A DNA stretch of 63,065 nt, counting the filler, from Octopus bimaculoides (Eukaryota), in the NCBI RefSeq assembly GCF_001194135.2. It is 5 parts of 5 records of this genome, joined end to end, with 100 filler letters (N's around TTAATTAATTAA, not from the genome) between each part and the next. Parts side by side here need not be neighbours in the genome. Positions count along the whole stretch, not along the records: positions 61,078 to 63,065 come from NC_068985.1; 4 more parts are not named here. One strand, given 5' to 3'. Every line of letters begins with the position of its first letter. Positions within the stretch are counted from its first letter, which is position 1. Position numbers and translations under genes: made by a program. Below the pieces are notes generated by a model. The model was not told the DNA's origin. It was given only the letters and a program-made list of their open reading frames with translations, and ran no database searches. Positions 62,716 to 63,065 of this stretch are shown here, in pieces.

Positions 62716-63065
62716 GTTGAGTTGTGGTCTGTATTTTTGAATAAGATTATTTTCCCTATTTATTCGTGTTTGGTCAGTGGTGTTGGTATAGTGGGAAAAC
62801 TAGGAATTTGGGGGACTTGTTTTGTGCACAGAGATCTAAGTGCCCACTAAATGGTATCTGTCTTGTGGTGGGATCCCTCAATTGTTGGCGGTGGACTGTC
62901 ATCCTTCCTCTGAGGGTACGGCTCGTTTGCCCTATGTAATCTTTGTGGCACGCTTCACACCTTACGGCATAAAGTAAATTCTTTGATGCGCAGGTGAAGT
63001 TATGTTTTATGACAAAAGGGTGTCCTGACTGGAATTTGTATGTTGTTCCTTCAATGAGGTGGATG
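62716..63065 (-). mobile_element. Penelope-like element, GIY-YIG endonuclease fragment (absent from the ORF track)
   Basis: 63064-62774 translates ..KHNFTCASKNLLYAVRCEACHKDYIGQTSRTLRGRMTVHRQQ..SGHLDLCAQNKSPKFLVFPLY. After one frameshift it continues TRINRENNLIQKYRPQLN. The C-x-S-x-N-x2-Y-x3-C-x2-C-x3-YIGQT pattern is typical of PLE endonucleases. Confidence 0.88.

Overview
Repeat-dominated, gappy animal genomic DNA. The SINE families, (TA)n/(CA)n/(TATC)n load and LINE types resemble an octopod cephalopod such as Octopus; this is my recognition, not a database result. About 15% of the window is N. Four 100-nt spacers (44N-TTAATTAATTAA-44N) mark artificial scaffold joins at 26.8, 31.5, 53.5 and 61.0 kb, so adjacency across them is unproven. 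Nearly all ORFs in the supplied track are microsatellite or N artefacts. Supported features: (1) one intact tRNA-Gly(TCC) gene and two damaged paralogues, together with duplicated flanks; (2) one probable minus-strand internal coding exon (28381-28558) of an unidentified gene, inside a CpG-depleted domain of about 14-31 kb; (3) an uninterrupted RTE-clade LINE endonuclease ORF running into a gap; (4) decayed CR1, R4/Dong-like, mariner and Penelope (GIY-YIG) fragments; (5) a 2.6-kb non-autonomous Helitron with a helicase tail and a 755-bp internal palindrome, and a second probable Helitron with two 3' ends; (6) a hAT MITE with perfect TIRs and TSD; (7) dozens of tRNA-derived SINEs from about five families; (8) 14-bp and 72-bp tandem arrays. 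The strongest leads are a 140-nt plus-strand three-way-junction RNA-like fold at 5.8 kb, several Penelope-type minimal hammerhead ribozyme motifs (two sets in inverted pairs), and recurrent fold-back (template-switch-like) rearrangements, one of which remodels a tRNA gene. Nothing here proves a new biological system; these are leads to test.
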